A stretch of 64,000 nt of DNA. It comes from Polyangiaceae bacterium (GTDB taxonomy: Bacteria > Myxococcota_A > Polyangia > Polyangiales > Polyangiaceae). The position numbers and the translations under genes are program-made. Shown here piece by piece: positions 1 to 10,300 of this stretch. The DNA lies in NCBI GenBank assembly GCA_044376115.1, contig JBILLK010000036.1, positions 1 through 64,000 on the forward strand. Reading direction: 5' to 3'. Numbering within the stretch: position 1 is the first letter of the stretch; the number at the start of each line of letters is the position of its first letter. The notes beneath the pieces were generated by a model. The model made no database searches. It saw nothing but the letters and a program-made list of their open reading frames with translations, and had not been told where the DNA came from.

Positions 1-3
1 AGT

Positions 4-75
4 GAATGACTCGTGCCCTCTTCGGAAAAAAGGGCCGAAGGCCCCTTGGACCATCGACTTTGGCACGAGTCATTC
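4..75. repeat. Miniature inverted-repeat element, copy 1 (14-bp TIR gaatgactcgtgcc / ggcacgagtcattc)
   Basis: Perfect inverted repeats at 4-17 and 62-75. A similar second copy lies at 53600-53672. Confidence 0.8.
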
Positions 76-110
76 CGCCGAAGGCGGTGCGGCAGGTACC
101 ATCCTGCGTC

Positions 111-830
111 ATGGCGAAACGTAGCCCGGCCAGTGAGGCCGTCCGAAGAGAATGGGAGCGTCGTGTCGTGGCTGAGTATCGCTCGGCTTCCATAACGCAC
201 CACTTGGTGCTGTGGCTGATTCAGATCGCCGCTTCGCCAGACCTGATCTTGGACGGCTTGCGCATCGTCAAAGACGAGCTCGCGCATGCGGAGCTGAGTC
301 ACAAGACGTTGCTCGCCGCGGGCGGTCAAATGCGCTCCGCCATCCCGCGTGAGACGCTGGGCCTCTCGCGTGATGAACGCGAACCGCTCGAACATTCGGC
401 GGCGCGCGTGTGCGTAGAGACCTTCTGTTTGGGCGAGACGGTGGCGGTTCCGCTGTTCAAGGTGCTGCGAGAAGAATGCGATGTTCCGCCGGCGCGGCGT
501 GCGCTCGATCGCATCCTGCGCGATGAGGTCCGCCATCGGGATTTTGGTTGGGCCCTGCTCTCGCACCTGCTCGAGTTGCCGGAGCCGCTGGGCATTCGGC
601 GCTTGGTTGAGCGCGAGCTGCCGCGCATGTTCACCCGACTTCGCAACAGCTACAGCCCGGATACTCGCGTGAGTGAGAGCGTCCCGCAGGAAGATCGCCG
701 CTGGGGCTTGATGCCTGGCTCGCGCTACAAGGACGTGCTCGAGCGAACCGTCACCCGCGACTATGCACCGCGCTTCAAAGCGCGCGGCTTCGATGCAGCG
801 GCGGCTTGGCAAGCCGCTACGGGCGGATGA
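111..830 (+). CDS. Ferritin-like di-iron domain protein (myxobacterial type)
   Basis: W..R..AEYRSA, DELAH, E..AV..F and DEVRH motifs. The ATG at 111 is preferred because the upstream extension overlaps the repeat element. Confidence 0.75.
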   Translation: MAKRSPASEAVRREWERRVVAEYRSASITHHLVLWLIQIAASPDLILDGLRIVKDELAHAELSHKTLLAAGGQMRSAIPRETLGLSRDEREPLEHSAARVCVETFCLGETVAVPLFKVLREECDVPPARRALDRILRDEVRHRDFGWALLSHLLELPEPLGIRRLVERELPRMFTRLRNSYSPDTRVSESVPQEDRRWGLMPGSRYKDVLERTVTRDYAPRFKARGFDAAAAWQAATGG

Positions 831-833
831 ACC

Positions 834-1544
834 TCAGTCCGGCTGCCCGAGCATGAGGCGGACGAGCTCGCTGCGTGAGCCGACCCGAAGCTTGCGAAAG
901 ATGGCTTGGAACTGATTGGCGATGGTGCGCATGCGCGTGCCACGGGCAGCGGCGATCTCGGCGTTCACGAGGCCCCTCGCCGCGAGCTGAACCACCTCGA
1001 TCTCAGCGCGCGTGAGCGTTGCGCTTGGTACGACCGGCGCAGGCTCTGGCAGCACGAGCACGACCGACGGGTTAGCGCTGGACAGCGCCAGGTGCTGCCG
1101 CGGGCGCGCAGTCGGCGGCCGATTGAAGGCGCTGGCCGCCAGCTGAAGCTCGAAGCGACTACGCAGTCCCAGCTTCCTGAGTCCCTCGCGGAAGTGCGAT
1201 GACACCATGGTTTGACTGACCTCCAGCGCGATCGCCAGCTGCTTGAGAGGTGCACCTCCTTGGGCAAAGCTGAGCACCTCCCGCTCTCGTGCGGTCAGCA
1301 CGCGATCGTTGGCTGTGGCTGGTCGCAGCAGCAGTTCATTCGATGAACGATCTTCGGCGAGCAACACCGGGACCCAGCGTCCCTGCCAAAGTTGGCGCCA
1401 GAGTTCGGCTTGCTGCATGCGGTCAGCGGGTGCAGCGCTCCACCGTGTTCGCGTGGCGGTTCGCGAGCTGGGCTCGCTGTAGCGATAGGGACGCGCAGCT
1501 CCGTGATCCACGGCCGCCCCGTCAGCAAAGGGCGTGCCGCTCAA
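834..1544 (-). CDS. Transcriptional regulator with two LuxR-type HTH domains (start uncertain, possibly 1418)
   Basis: LTAREREVL...LKQLAIALEVS and LTRAEIEVVQLAARGLVNAEIAAARG...TIANQ...IFRKL.V.SR.EL motifs. Confidence 0.8.
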   Translation of the reverse strand: MSGTPFADGAAVDHGAARPYRYSEPSSRTATRTRWSAAPADRMQQAELWRQLWQGRWVPVLLAEDRSSNELLLRPATANDRVLTAREREVLSFAQGGAPLKQLAIALEVSQTMVSSHFREGLRKLGLRSRFELQLAASAFNRPPTARPRQHLALSSANPSVVLVLPEPAPVVPSATLTRAEIEVVQLAARGLVNAEIAAARGTRMRTIANQFQAIFRKLRVGSRSELVRLMLGQPD

Positions 1545-1746
1545 CGCCGCTTGGGTTTGCTCGCGATTGCGCTGTTCACTTCATCCGACCTCGGCAGAAT
1601 GCGATCGCGTCCCTCGATTCGAATCAGAGCGCTGTCGGCTCCTGGCGTTTCGAGAATCCACGCGGACATGTCCCCGACATGTCCGCCGACGGACCCGGCG
1701 AGTCATTCTGTTGACTGTGTCCACCTTCGGTGGAAGTACTTGCCTC

Positions 1747-3627
1747 GTGTCGCTGCCGCCCGGAACCCTTGTTGCTGGTGACTTTCGCATTGTTTCGCCG
1801 ATTGCTGAGGGCGGGATGGGGGAGGTCTACGTCGCTGAACAGATCTCCACCGGCAAGCGCCGTGCCTTGAAGTTGATGAAGCCCGAGCTGATGAGTGATG
1901 CGGCGCTGGTGGCGCGCTTCGAGCAGGAGGCGAAGATCAGCGCGCGCATCGCCAGCGATCATGTGGTGGAGATCGTGGGCGCAGGTGTGGACCAAGAGCT
2001 GGGGGCGCCGTGGCTAGCGATGGAGCTGCTGCAAGGGCAAAGCCTAGCCGCAGCGCTCAAACAGCGGGGTCAACTGCCGGCGTCGATGGCGCGCAGCTTG
2101 TTCGCACAGCTGGCTCACGGGCTCGGTGCGGCGCATCGCGCGGGCGTCGTTCATCGCGATCTCAAGCCGGAGAACATCTTCATCGCTGAGGTGCAACAGC
2201 TGGGAGTGGACTTCAAAGTGAAGGTCCTCGACTTCGGTATCGCGAAGTTATTCGAGGGAGCGAAGACCTCCAACACAGGCATGATGTCGCTCGGGACACC
2301 GCGCTACATGGCGCCCGAGCAAACAGGAGGTCAACCGATCACCCCTGCAACCGACGTGTGGGCGCTGGGCCTGATCGCCTTCCAAGTGCTCACCGGCCGT
2401 TACTACTGGCGTAACGGCTCGGGCGGTCCGAACGACTCGATGATGACGCTGATGCGCGAGGTCCTGTTCGAGCAGCTGGTGCCAGCCTCGCGGCGCGCGG
2501 CGGAGTTCAACGTTGCGCAGCTGCTGCCAGCTGGCTTCGATCAATGGTTCGCCCGCTGTGTAGCGCGCGAGCCGAATGAGCGTTTTCAGAACGCGGCCGA
2601 TGCTCTTAACGCGCTCGATCCGATCTTGGCGGTAGCCGCTCCCAACCCGTCGCACGCGATGCAGTCGGCGGCCAGCCCGCCCCAGCGAACGCAGGTTGAC
2701 TACCCCGCCGGCATGACCGCGCAAGGCTACGCACACAGCGCTGTTGCGGCGCATTCGGGGCAGCTCACCAAGCCCGTGCTGCCAGCTGCTCCGCAGCCCA
2801 AAGCCAGCGGCGGCTACGGCTTGGCGGTCGGCATCACCGCCGGCGCGTTGCTGCTCGCGGCCCTTGGCGTCGGCGGTTACGTAATGTGGAACAAGAGCGC
2901 CGACGAGAAGAAGGCCAAACGCGCGCAGCTCGACGACGACGAGCGGGAGACCAAGAAGCGCCGTAAGAAGGTTCAAACTGAGGATGATGAGACGGCGGAT
3001 AGCGAGCCCTCCGCTAGCGCTATCAAACCCGTTCCAACGGCGCCGCCTGCGCCGATCAATCGGGCGGGCCGCTACAAGATTTCCCACGGCGTCGGAATCG
3101 ACGGAGATACCTACACGGGCACGGTCACCATCACGCCCTTCGGTGGCGGCTATCGCGCGCTTTGGTCGACGGACTTTGTGGGCATCATGCTCGAGTCAGA
3201 CGGCCTGGTCGCTGGAACCTGGGGACCCGACCCGCACGTAGCAGCCATCTACCAAGTGGACGGTGGAACGCTCAGCGGCAAGACGATGGACGGCGCCACC
3301 GGCAGGCTAGGCAGCCACACGATCGAAGGGCCGCCAGGGCTGAACGGCAGCTACAGCATCACCGCCTCGAGCGCAGGCGATCATGGGACGGTGACCATCC
3401 GACCCAACGGGAAGACCTACAGTTTGGTCGCAACGATGGGCAGTCAGTCGATGAAAGGCGCGGGACTTTTGGACGGCAATCAACTTGCCGTTGGCTGGAC
3501 TCCCAGCAGCAGTCGCAGCGGCGGAGTGGTCGCCTTCCGTGCCAACGGCAGCGCACTCAGCGGCCCGTGGACCTTCCACGGAGAAGGCCGCACCGGCACG
3601 GAGAACCTCGAGTTGATGGGGCCGTGA
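1747..3627 (+). CDS. Membrane Ser/Thr protein kinase with a duplicated beta-rich extracytoplasmic domain
   Basis: GGMGEVY, ALK, HRDLKPEN, DFG, GTPRYMAPE and DVWALG motifs; TM segment LAVGITAGALLLAALGVGGYVMW. GTG start inferred. Confidence 0.9.
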   Translation: MSLPPGTLVAGDFRIVSPIAEGGMGEVYVAEQISTGKRRALKLMKPELMSDAALVARFEQEAKISARIASDHVVEIVGAGVDQELGAPWLAMELLQGQSLAAALKQRGQLPASMARSLFAQLAHGLGAAHRAGVVHRDLKPENIFIAEVQQLGVDFKVKVLDFGIAKLFEGAKTSNTGMMSLGTPRYMAPEQTGGQPITPATDVWALGLIAFQVLTGRYYWRNGSGGPNDSMMTLMREVLFEQLVPASRRAAEFNVAQLLPAGFDQWFARCVAREPNERFQNAADALNALDPILAVAAPNPSHAMQSAASPPQRTQVDYPAGMTAQGYAHSAVAAHSGQLTKPVLPAAPQPKASGGYGLAVGITAGALLLAALGVGGYVMWNKSADEKKAKRAQLDDDERETKKRRKKVQTEDDETADSEPSASAIKPVPTAPPAPINRAGRYKISHGVGIDGDTYTGTVTITPFGGGYRALWSTDFVGIMLESDGLVAGTWGPDPHVAAIYQVDGGTLSGKTMDGATGRLGSHTIEGPPGLNGSYSITASSAGDHGTVTIRPNGKTYSLVATMGSQSMKGAGLLDGNQLAVGWTPSSSRSGGVVAFRANGSALSGPWTFHGEGRTGTENLELMGP

Positions 3628-3662
3628 GCCGTTCGCACGCCAGGTCCGTTCACTCTTGCGCC

Positions 3663-4293
3663 TTACTTCGGCAGCGGCATCTTGTGGAGACCGCACTTCT
3701 CGAGTGCGTCTTGCTTAGCGTTCATGTCACCAGCGACCTGAGCGCGCCGTTGCTCGAGCAAGCGAGGCAACTCGCGCAGCCAACCTGCACAAGCTACTTC
3801 GGCCAACTCAGGTGTTTGGTGCAGGACGATGTTGCGCGCCATCAGCTCTCCGTGATCACAGAAGGGCTTGGTTGCCGGATCGCCAAGGATGGCGGCTGTG
3901 CATGAAGCGGCCTTCATCTGGCTGCACGACGCAACCTTCTCAACGCCCACGATGCCCGAGCGAGAGGGCGCATCCCGCTCGCTGGCGGCGCGCAGGAATT
4001 CAGCACATTGGGCGGCGGCATTGGCTCGACGAGCCAGAACTCCATCGCGAGGTAGGCACGACCATCCGGCAACTGGCCGGAGCTATGAACGCGCACCACC
4101 GCCGGATATCGATGCGCGCGAGCCGTGCAGCCTCAGCCTCGAAGGAGCTGCCAGTCGCCGCCTCGACCTTGAGTGCGAACGTATCCTCGGATTCGTCCTT
4201 GCGCCGGGCCTCGTACACCACGCCGCTGCCGTCGCAACCGAGTTCACGGAAGGCGATGAAGGGGCCGAGCTCGAGCGGCGAAATCGAAAGCAC
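3663..4293 (-). pseudogene. Ser/Thr kinase remnant: N-lobe only, frameshifted, joined to a C-terminal tail
   Basis: LGPF..RELG.DGSGVVYEA..FALKV..F..EA.RLARID; a 1-nt deletion at ~4107 (would read HPAVVRVH); then GQLPDGRAYLAME, then a jump into the frame of ORF 3663-3950. No HRD or DFG. Confidence 0.65.
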
Positions 4294-4333
4294 GTTACTC
4301 GGCTCGCGTGCACATAGGTAGACTACGCGCGCG

Positions 4334-5671
4334 ATGATCAGCCGCACGACCACCCGCATCAGCAAGTCGCCCCCGCCGAAGGAGTCGCGTTTGGTGGTGC
4401 TGTTTGGTCCAGACCGCGGTCTCGAGCTGACCTTGCCGGCGGTGGGCGCGGTGGTGGGAGCGAGTGAAGCCGCTGACGTGGTGCTGCGGGACCCGGCCGT
4501 CTCATCGCGGCACTGTTCGATTCGGAGGGCGCAAAGCGGCTTCGAAGTGAAGGACCTCGGGTCGAAGAACGGCACCTTCTATGACCGCGTCGCGATCGAA
4601 AAGGCCGTCGTTCCGGCGGGTGCCACCCTGCGCATCGGCAGCAGCCTGCTGCTGCTCGCGCCGGAGGAGGAGCATGTGGCGCTGGCGCCGAGCAAGGCCT
4701 CCCGCTTCGGCGAATTGGTGGGCGACAGCTTGCCGATGCGACGCGCCTACGCCGTCCTCGAACGGGTGAGCAACTCGAACGCGGCGGTGTTGGTGCTGGG
4801 CGAGAGCGGCACGGGCAAGGAGGTTTGTGCGCGGGCCATCCATGAGGCTTCGGCGCGCAAGGCCGGTCCCTTCGTCGTGTTCGACGCCAGCGCGGCCAGC
4901 GAAAACCTGCTCGAGAGCGAGCTCTTTGGTCACGCACGCGGGGCCTTCACCGGCGCCGATCGCGATCGCGTCGGGGCCTTTGCCTCGGCCCACGGCGGGA
5001 CCTTGTTCATCGACGAAATCGGCGAATTGCCACTGCGTTTGCAGCCCAAATTGCTGCGCATGCTGGAGAGCGGCGAGATCAAGCCGGTCGGTGCGAGCAA
5101 GGCCCAACGCTTCGACGTACGCGTGGTCGCAGCCACCCATCGCGATCTCGCGGATGAAGTGGCGCGCGGGACCTTCCGTGGCGATGTGTACTTTCGTCTG
5201 GCCGTGGTCGAGGTGCATTTGCCGCCGCTGCGCGATCGGCCCGAAGACATCGCGGCGATCGCTCGCGTCTTCCTCGAGCGCGAGGGCGCGCCGGTGACCG
5301 AGCTCGCCGGGCCCAACCTCGAACGACTGCGCTGCTACGCCTGGCCCGGCAACGTGCGTGAGCTGCGCAACGTGCTCACTCGCGCTGTGGCCTTGTCAGC
5401 GCCGGGCACGCCTTTTCGTGAGCTGCCGATCATGCTCGGTGCCAGCGCGGCCTCGCCCCAAGCCCCAGCGGTCAACGCCGATCGGCCCTTCCTCGAGGCC
5501 AAGGCCGAGCTGGTCGAGGGCTTCGAGCGGGCCTACCTACGCGACCTACTGGCCCGCCACGGGGACAACCTCGCGCAAGCCGCACGCATCGCCGGGATCG
5601 AACGCAAACATCTGTACCGCCTGCTCGACAAGCACGAGCTACGCGGAGCCTCTGAGCCCGACGAAGGCTGA
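4334..5671 (+). CDS. FHA-domain sigma54-dependent enhancer-binding protein
   Basis: FHA ([16 protein letters not shown]), [34 protein letters not shown] and a Fis-type HTH. Confidence 0.95.
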   Translation: MISRTTTRISKSPPPKESRLVVLFGPDRGLELTLPAVGAVVGASEAADVVLRDPAVSSRHCSIRRAQSGFEVKDLGSKNGTFYDRVAIEKAVVPAGATLRIGSSLLLLAPEEEHVALAPSKASRFGELVGDSLPMRRAYAVLERVSNSNAAVLVLGESGTGKEVCARAIHEASARKAGPFVVFDASAASENLLESELFGHARGAFTGADRDRVGAFASAHGGTLFIDEIGELPLRLQPKLLRMLESGEIKPVGASKAQRFDVRVVAATHRDLADEVARGTFRGDVYFRLAVVEVHLPPLRDRPEDIAAIARVFLEREGAPVTELAGPNLERLRCYAWPGNVRELRNVLTRAVALSAPGTPFRELPIMLGASAASPQAPAVNADRPFLEAKAELVEGFERAYLRDLLARHGDNLAQAARIAGIERKHLYRLLDKHELRGASEPDEG

Positions 5672-5836
5672 GTCTTCGAAGACACAATAGGCTTGCTGGA
5701 GCTGGGGCTGCGTAGACCCGAAGGCGCGACAGCGCACGGCGGCTAGGCCGCGATACGAGCGCTAAATAGCCTAGTTAAGCGTTTGTTTTGGCGCAGCCAA
5801 CGCCGCTGGCACCCGCCTTGCGATGCGGCCGCCATC

Positions 5837-6679
5837 ATGACCACCCCGCATCACGCCTCTACCCAACTTTGTTTCGCCTGCACCGACTGCGGCCGCCGGG
5901 CGCCTGCTGCGCTCGACTGCCCCTGTGGCGCAGGACCGCTCGTCGATCTGACGAAGCCCGAGTTTCGCGAGATGATCGTCGAGATCGAAGATCGCCGCGC
6001 CGAAGCTCGCGATCAAACCTTCACCTGGATTGGCGTCGCGACTGGGGTCATCGGCATCGTGCTGCTCCTTTCGCTGATGCCCAACGTGCTCCGTGCAATC
6101 CCGCTGCCCGTGCCGTTCTCCATGCCGATCAAGGTGCTGTTGATCGGGGTAGCGATCGCTTGGCTCACCACCAAAGGGCTGCTCAACGTGCTGCCTTCGA
6201 CGCGTCGCTTCCCGGAGCTGGTCGCCAATCGCAAGGCGATCGCTTTGCCTTCGCGGCTGCTCGCACCGAAGCGCGCGACCTGGATCGCGCTCGGATTGTT
6301 CGTGGCCTCCGGTGTGGTGATCACGCTTGCGACGCCGGTGGTGAAGAGGTGGAGCGCCGAAGAAGAGCAGGAGCACAAGGCGGCCGTCTCGAGCCGCTAC
6401 GGCGAGCTGCTCACCTGCGTCGAGAGCAAGGAGCCGGTGCAATGCAAGTCGCAGCTCGAGGCCTTGGCGGCCTCGCTCGACAGCCGGCGCGCCGATGCCG
6501 CCGTTCGCCTCGTGCTCGCCGAGCGGCTGCGCTGCGTCGAAGGAGCTTGCGACAGCAGCGAGCTCGACAAGCACTTCGACTCGATCAGCGAAGCGATGCA
6601 AAAGTCCGGTCAGTTCGTGCGCGGAAGGCGAAGCCGGACCGCGCTCACGTATGAGCCCTTCGGGGCCAAGCTGCGCTAG
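5837..6679 (+). CDS. Hypothetical membrane protein with an N-terminal Cys (Zn-ribbon-like) motif
   Basis: CTDC...CPC motif, three hydrophobic segments and GC-rich codon usage. Confidence 0.6.
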   Translation: MTTPHHASTQLCFACTDCGRRAPAALDCPCGAGPLVDLTKPEFREMIVEIEDRRAEARDQTFTWIGVATGVIGIVLLLSLMPNVLRAIPLPVPFSMPIKVLLIGVAIAWLTTKGLLNVLPSTRRFPELVANRKAIALPSRLLAPKRATWIALGLFVASGVVITLATPVVKRWSAEEEQEHKAAVSSRYGELLTCVESKEPVQCKSQLEALAASLDSRRADAAVRLVLAERLRCVEGACDSSELDKHFDSISEAMQKSGQFVRGRRSRTALTYEPFGAKLR

Positions 6680-6721
6680 CGCGAACGAGCGGCGTCAAAA
6701 GCGCCGGCAGCGCGAGTAGCG

Positions 6722-7225
6722 TCAGATCGGCCGCTCGAAGTACTCGCCACCGCTCTCGACGCAGGCTCCACCAGCAAGACCGATCGACGAATACTCGTTC
6801 GGCGTTACGCAGTCGAAGATGCAGGCCGCCGACCAGTAGAAGTTGACGTCCTCTTGGCAGCTAGTCTCGCTGAAGGTGCCTCCCATTTCCGCGCAGCTCT
6901 CGGCGAAGGAGCCGTCATCAGGGCCTGCGAGTTCGTCGCAAAAGTAGCCTGTCGCATCGACACAGCGGATCGGGCTTGCGCAAACCTCGGGGCTTCCAGC
7001 GTTGCCTCCTTGACCGCCGTCACCACCACTACCGCCTTGCGCAGCGCCGCCCGACCCGCCTTGCGCAGCGCCGCCTTCGCCGCCGCCGCCGTTCGATCCG
7101 CTGCTGCCGGCCTCACCCTGTCCCCCTGCACCGCCGTCGGTTCCAGCACCGCTGCCGCTCGTCTCGCAAGCAGCCAATAGCAGCGTCATCAGGCCCAGCA
7201 CCACACCGACTCTAAGCTCATTCAT
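6722..7225 (-). CDS. Gly-rich linker, Cys-rich lipoprotein
   Basis: Lipobox LLAAC, GG-rich tether (with a 24-bp tandem duplication, GGAAQGGS) and a Cys-rich C-domain. Confidence 0.7.
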   Translation of the reverse strand: MNELRVGVVLGLMTLLLAACETSGSGAGTDGGAGGQGEAGSSGSNGGGGEGGAAQGGSGGAAQGGSGGDGGQGGNAGSPEVCASPIRCVDATGYFCDELAGPDDGSFAESCAEMGGTFSETSCQEDVNFYWSAACIFDCVTPNEYSSIGLAGGACVESGGEYFERPI

Positions 7226-7346
7226 GTTTGAAGTCGTCATGCCGAGCAAGGTGCGTTTGCTCTGCGCTTTAGTCGACTTAAACCCCACTTAAAGTGAGGT
7301 GCTCGGCGCGCGAAATTGTTTCGCCGCGCGGTGCTAGCATCGGCGC

Positions 7347-10300
7347 ATGGCGCGTACCGCTCCCGTTCCCAACCTCCCGCCGCTACCAGGCATGTGTCCT
7401 AGCATCGCCGTCCTCGCGGGCGGTGGCGATGGTGGCGGGAGTGGTGGCAACGGTGCCGGAAACGGTAACGGGGATGGGCCGGGCAACGGCGATGGCAACG
7501 GCGACGCCGCCAATGGGGACGGGACGAACAGCGGAACGTGTGGCAACGGCGCTAACGGCAGTTGCACCAACTGCTCCTCAGGAACTTCGGCAGGCGACCC
7601 AATCAACGTCGCAACGGGCGAGGTGTTCACCATCCCCAAGACCGACTTGTTCTTGCCTGGGTTCTTCAACGTTCAACTCGACCGCAGCTCAGCTCGAGCA
7701 ACCGTAAGCACGACGTAGGGCTGGGCTGGGGTTGGACCCACACCTTCGCCTGGAACCTCTGGCGTAAACGCGACCGCATCGTGATTCGCTCGGGGCTCGG
7801 CCAAGTCGTGGAGCTACCGCTGATCGACAAACCTGGGGAGGAAACAGGGCATGAAGGCTGGGGCCTACTGCGAATTGCCGAGGGCTTCGTATTGCGCCCT
7901 GGCAATGAGTTTCACCACGTTTTCCTAGCCGACCCGAAGGATCCCGATCACTTCGTTTTGCGCTCGATCCGCTTTCGCAACCGCGGCGAACTTCGCTTCG
8001 AGTACGCGAATGGCTGCCTCGCGCGGATGACCGATACAGCTGGAAGATCGATCGTCTTCGGCCAAACTCCTCAAGGCCAGATCGCCTCGATCAGCGTTCC
8101 GGACCCGGCTGGCAATGCCATTGTATTCGCGCGCTACAGCTACGACGCCGGACTGCTCGTAGCAGCTGAAGACGCGGATGGTCACCGCTTCCGCTACAGC
8201 TACGACGATGCCCATCGCCTGATTCAGATGGAGCTACCCACTGGGCTCGTATTTCACTTTCACTACGACAAAGAAGGGCGCTGCGTGGAGACCTGGGGAA
8301 ACCGCCCGGACGGCGGGGATCTCGGGCTCGAGAAGGGCTGCTCGCCACTCCTCGCGGACAACCTAACCAAGGCGCGCGGCATCTATCACGCGCGGGTGGA
8401 GTACGGGCAAGACGGCTATCGCGAGGTCATCGATTCGACGCGGGTGCAACGCTTCTTCGTAGAGGCCAACGGCGTCGTCACCAAGGGCATCAACGGTCGT
8501 GGTGGCGTCACGAGCCGCAAGCTCAGCGAGAATGGCAACATCGAGTCGCAGATCGACGCCAATGGAGGGGCTTGGCACTACAGCTATGACCATCTCGGGA
8601 ACGTCACGCAGCGCATTGATCCGGAGGGCAACTCACTCAAGTTCCAACGTGACTTCGAGGGTCGCGAGCTAAAAGTGGAAGACGGCGCAGGGGGCGCTGC
8701 AACCTTCCAGCGCGATCGCTACGGGGACGTTGAGTACATGACGGATCCGCGCGGCGCGGTGACACGCTTCAAGCGCAATGATCGAGGGCTTGAGCTGGAG
8801 CGCGGGCTACCCGACGGAACGCGCTGGCAATTCGAATGGGACGCGTTTGGCAATCGCACGCTCGCGACGTCGCCACGCGGTGGAACCTCACGCTTCCAGT
8901 TCGACTACTGGGGCCGTCGGGTGCGCGAAGTGGAGGCAGATGGCCGCGTCTTCAGCAGCGCCTTCACGCTGAGCGGGCGTCTGCTCGCCGAGACTGATCC
9001 GCTCGGTAGGACCAAGTCCTATCAATACGACGGACTCGGCAATGTCACCTGCGAGACCTTGCCCGATGGTTCCTCCCATCACTATCGCTACGCGGGGCTT
9101 GGCTGGTTGGCCGAGGTTCAGCACCCCACCGGCGAGAGCGTAAAGGCGTTCTACAATCGTGAAGGCTGGCTCTTGCGGGTCGAGAATGAGCAAGGCGAGA
9201 GCTGCGTGTTTGAGCGCGATGCGCTGGGCACGATCAGCGAAAAGCGCATGTTCGACGGCAGTTGGGAGCGCCTGAAGCGCGACGCGCGTGGCTTCGTCAG
9301 CGAGGCGCAGACAGCCAACGGGCGAACCAAGCTCGAGTACAACAAGCTTGGACAGATCATCAAGCTCGAGGGGCCCAACGGCGAGGTGCAAGAGCGCGCC
9401 TATGATGCGCGTGGTGAACTCGTGCGCGCCATCTCAGGGGGCGTGACGCTCGAGCTTTTACGGGACCCGGTGGGAGACGTGATCGAGGAGCGGGTCTCCT
9501 TTGGCGGGACCTCGTACAAAGTGGCGCACCAGCGGGACCTGATGGGGCGGCGGCTCAGCGTCGTCACCAGCCACGGGCTTGCTCTCGACTACCAACGTGC
9601 TGCAGACAAGGTCACTGAGATCCGCGAGGCTGGGAGCAGCGTGCTGCGCATCGAGCGTGATGCGACGGGCTGGCCGCTGCGGCGCGACCTTCCCCAAGGG
9701 CGGCGCGATCGTCGATGAACTCGATGGTGCAGGCCGCGTGCGACGGCGCTTCGTCGATGACGTCGACGGGCGCGCTTCGAGCGCTGAGGTGCCGTGGGTC
9801 GGTGGTACGCGTCCCTCGGCGATCGATCGCACCTTCATGTACACGCCGGTCGGGGAGATCGCCTCCATCACGAGCGCAGCCGACGGCACCACCGAGTACC
9901 GCTACGACTTGCGTCGCCACACCCTCGAGGCGCGCACGCGGGCGCGCCTCGAGTCCTTCCGCTACGACGCGGCGGGCAAGCCGCTCGAAGCAGCCACCGC
10001 AGCCGGCGGGGTCGCGCGGCAATACGGCAGCGGCGGGCGCCTATCGACGCGAGGCAACGTCGATTACGAGTACGACGCGCTCGGTCGCATGGCGGCCAAG
10101 ATCGTGCGCAAGGAGGATGGATCGAAGGAGCGCACCGCCTTTAGCTACGACGGCTGGGGTATGTTGCGCGCGGTCGAGTTGCCCACCGGCGGACGGCTCG
10201 AGTTTGCCTACGACGCCTTTGCTCGCCGCGTCGAGAAGCGTGAACTCGTGCGCAAAGCGGGGCGCTACGAGGCTGTAGCATCCACTCGTTATGTTTGGGA

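Noticed and set aside
60..76. TGGCACG as a sigma54 promoter (also at ~53658)
   Set aside because: No GC at -12; the motif is part of the repeat element's TIR.
1698..1710. Third copy of the inverted-repeat element (cgagtcattc)
   Set aside because: Only a 10-bp match with no partner arm.
7033..7080. Short tandem repeats as regulatory VNTRs (also ~19343-19379)
   Set aside because: In-frame duplications within low-complexity lipoprotein linkers.
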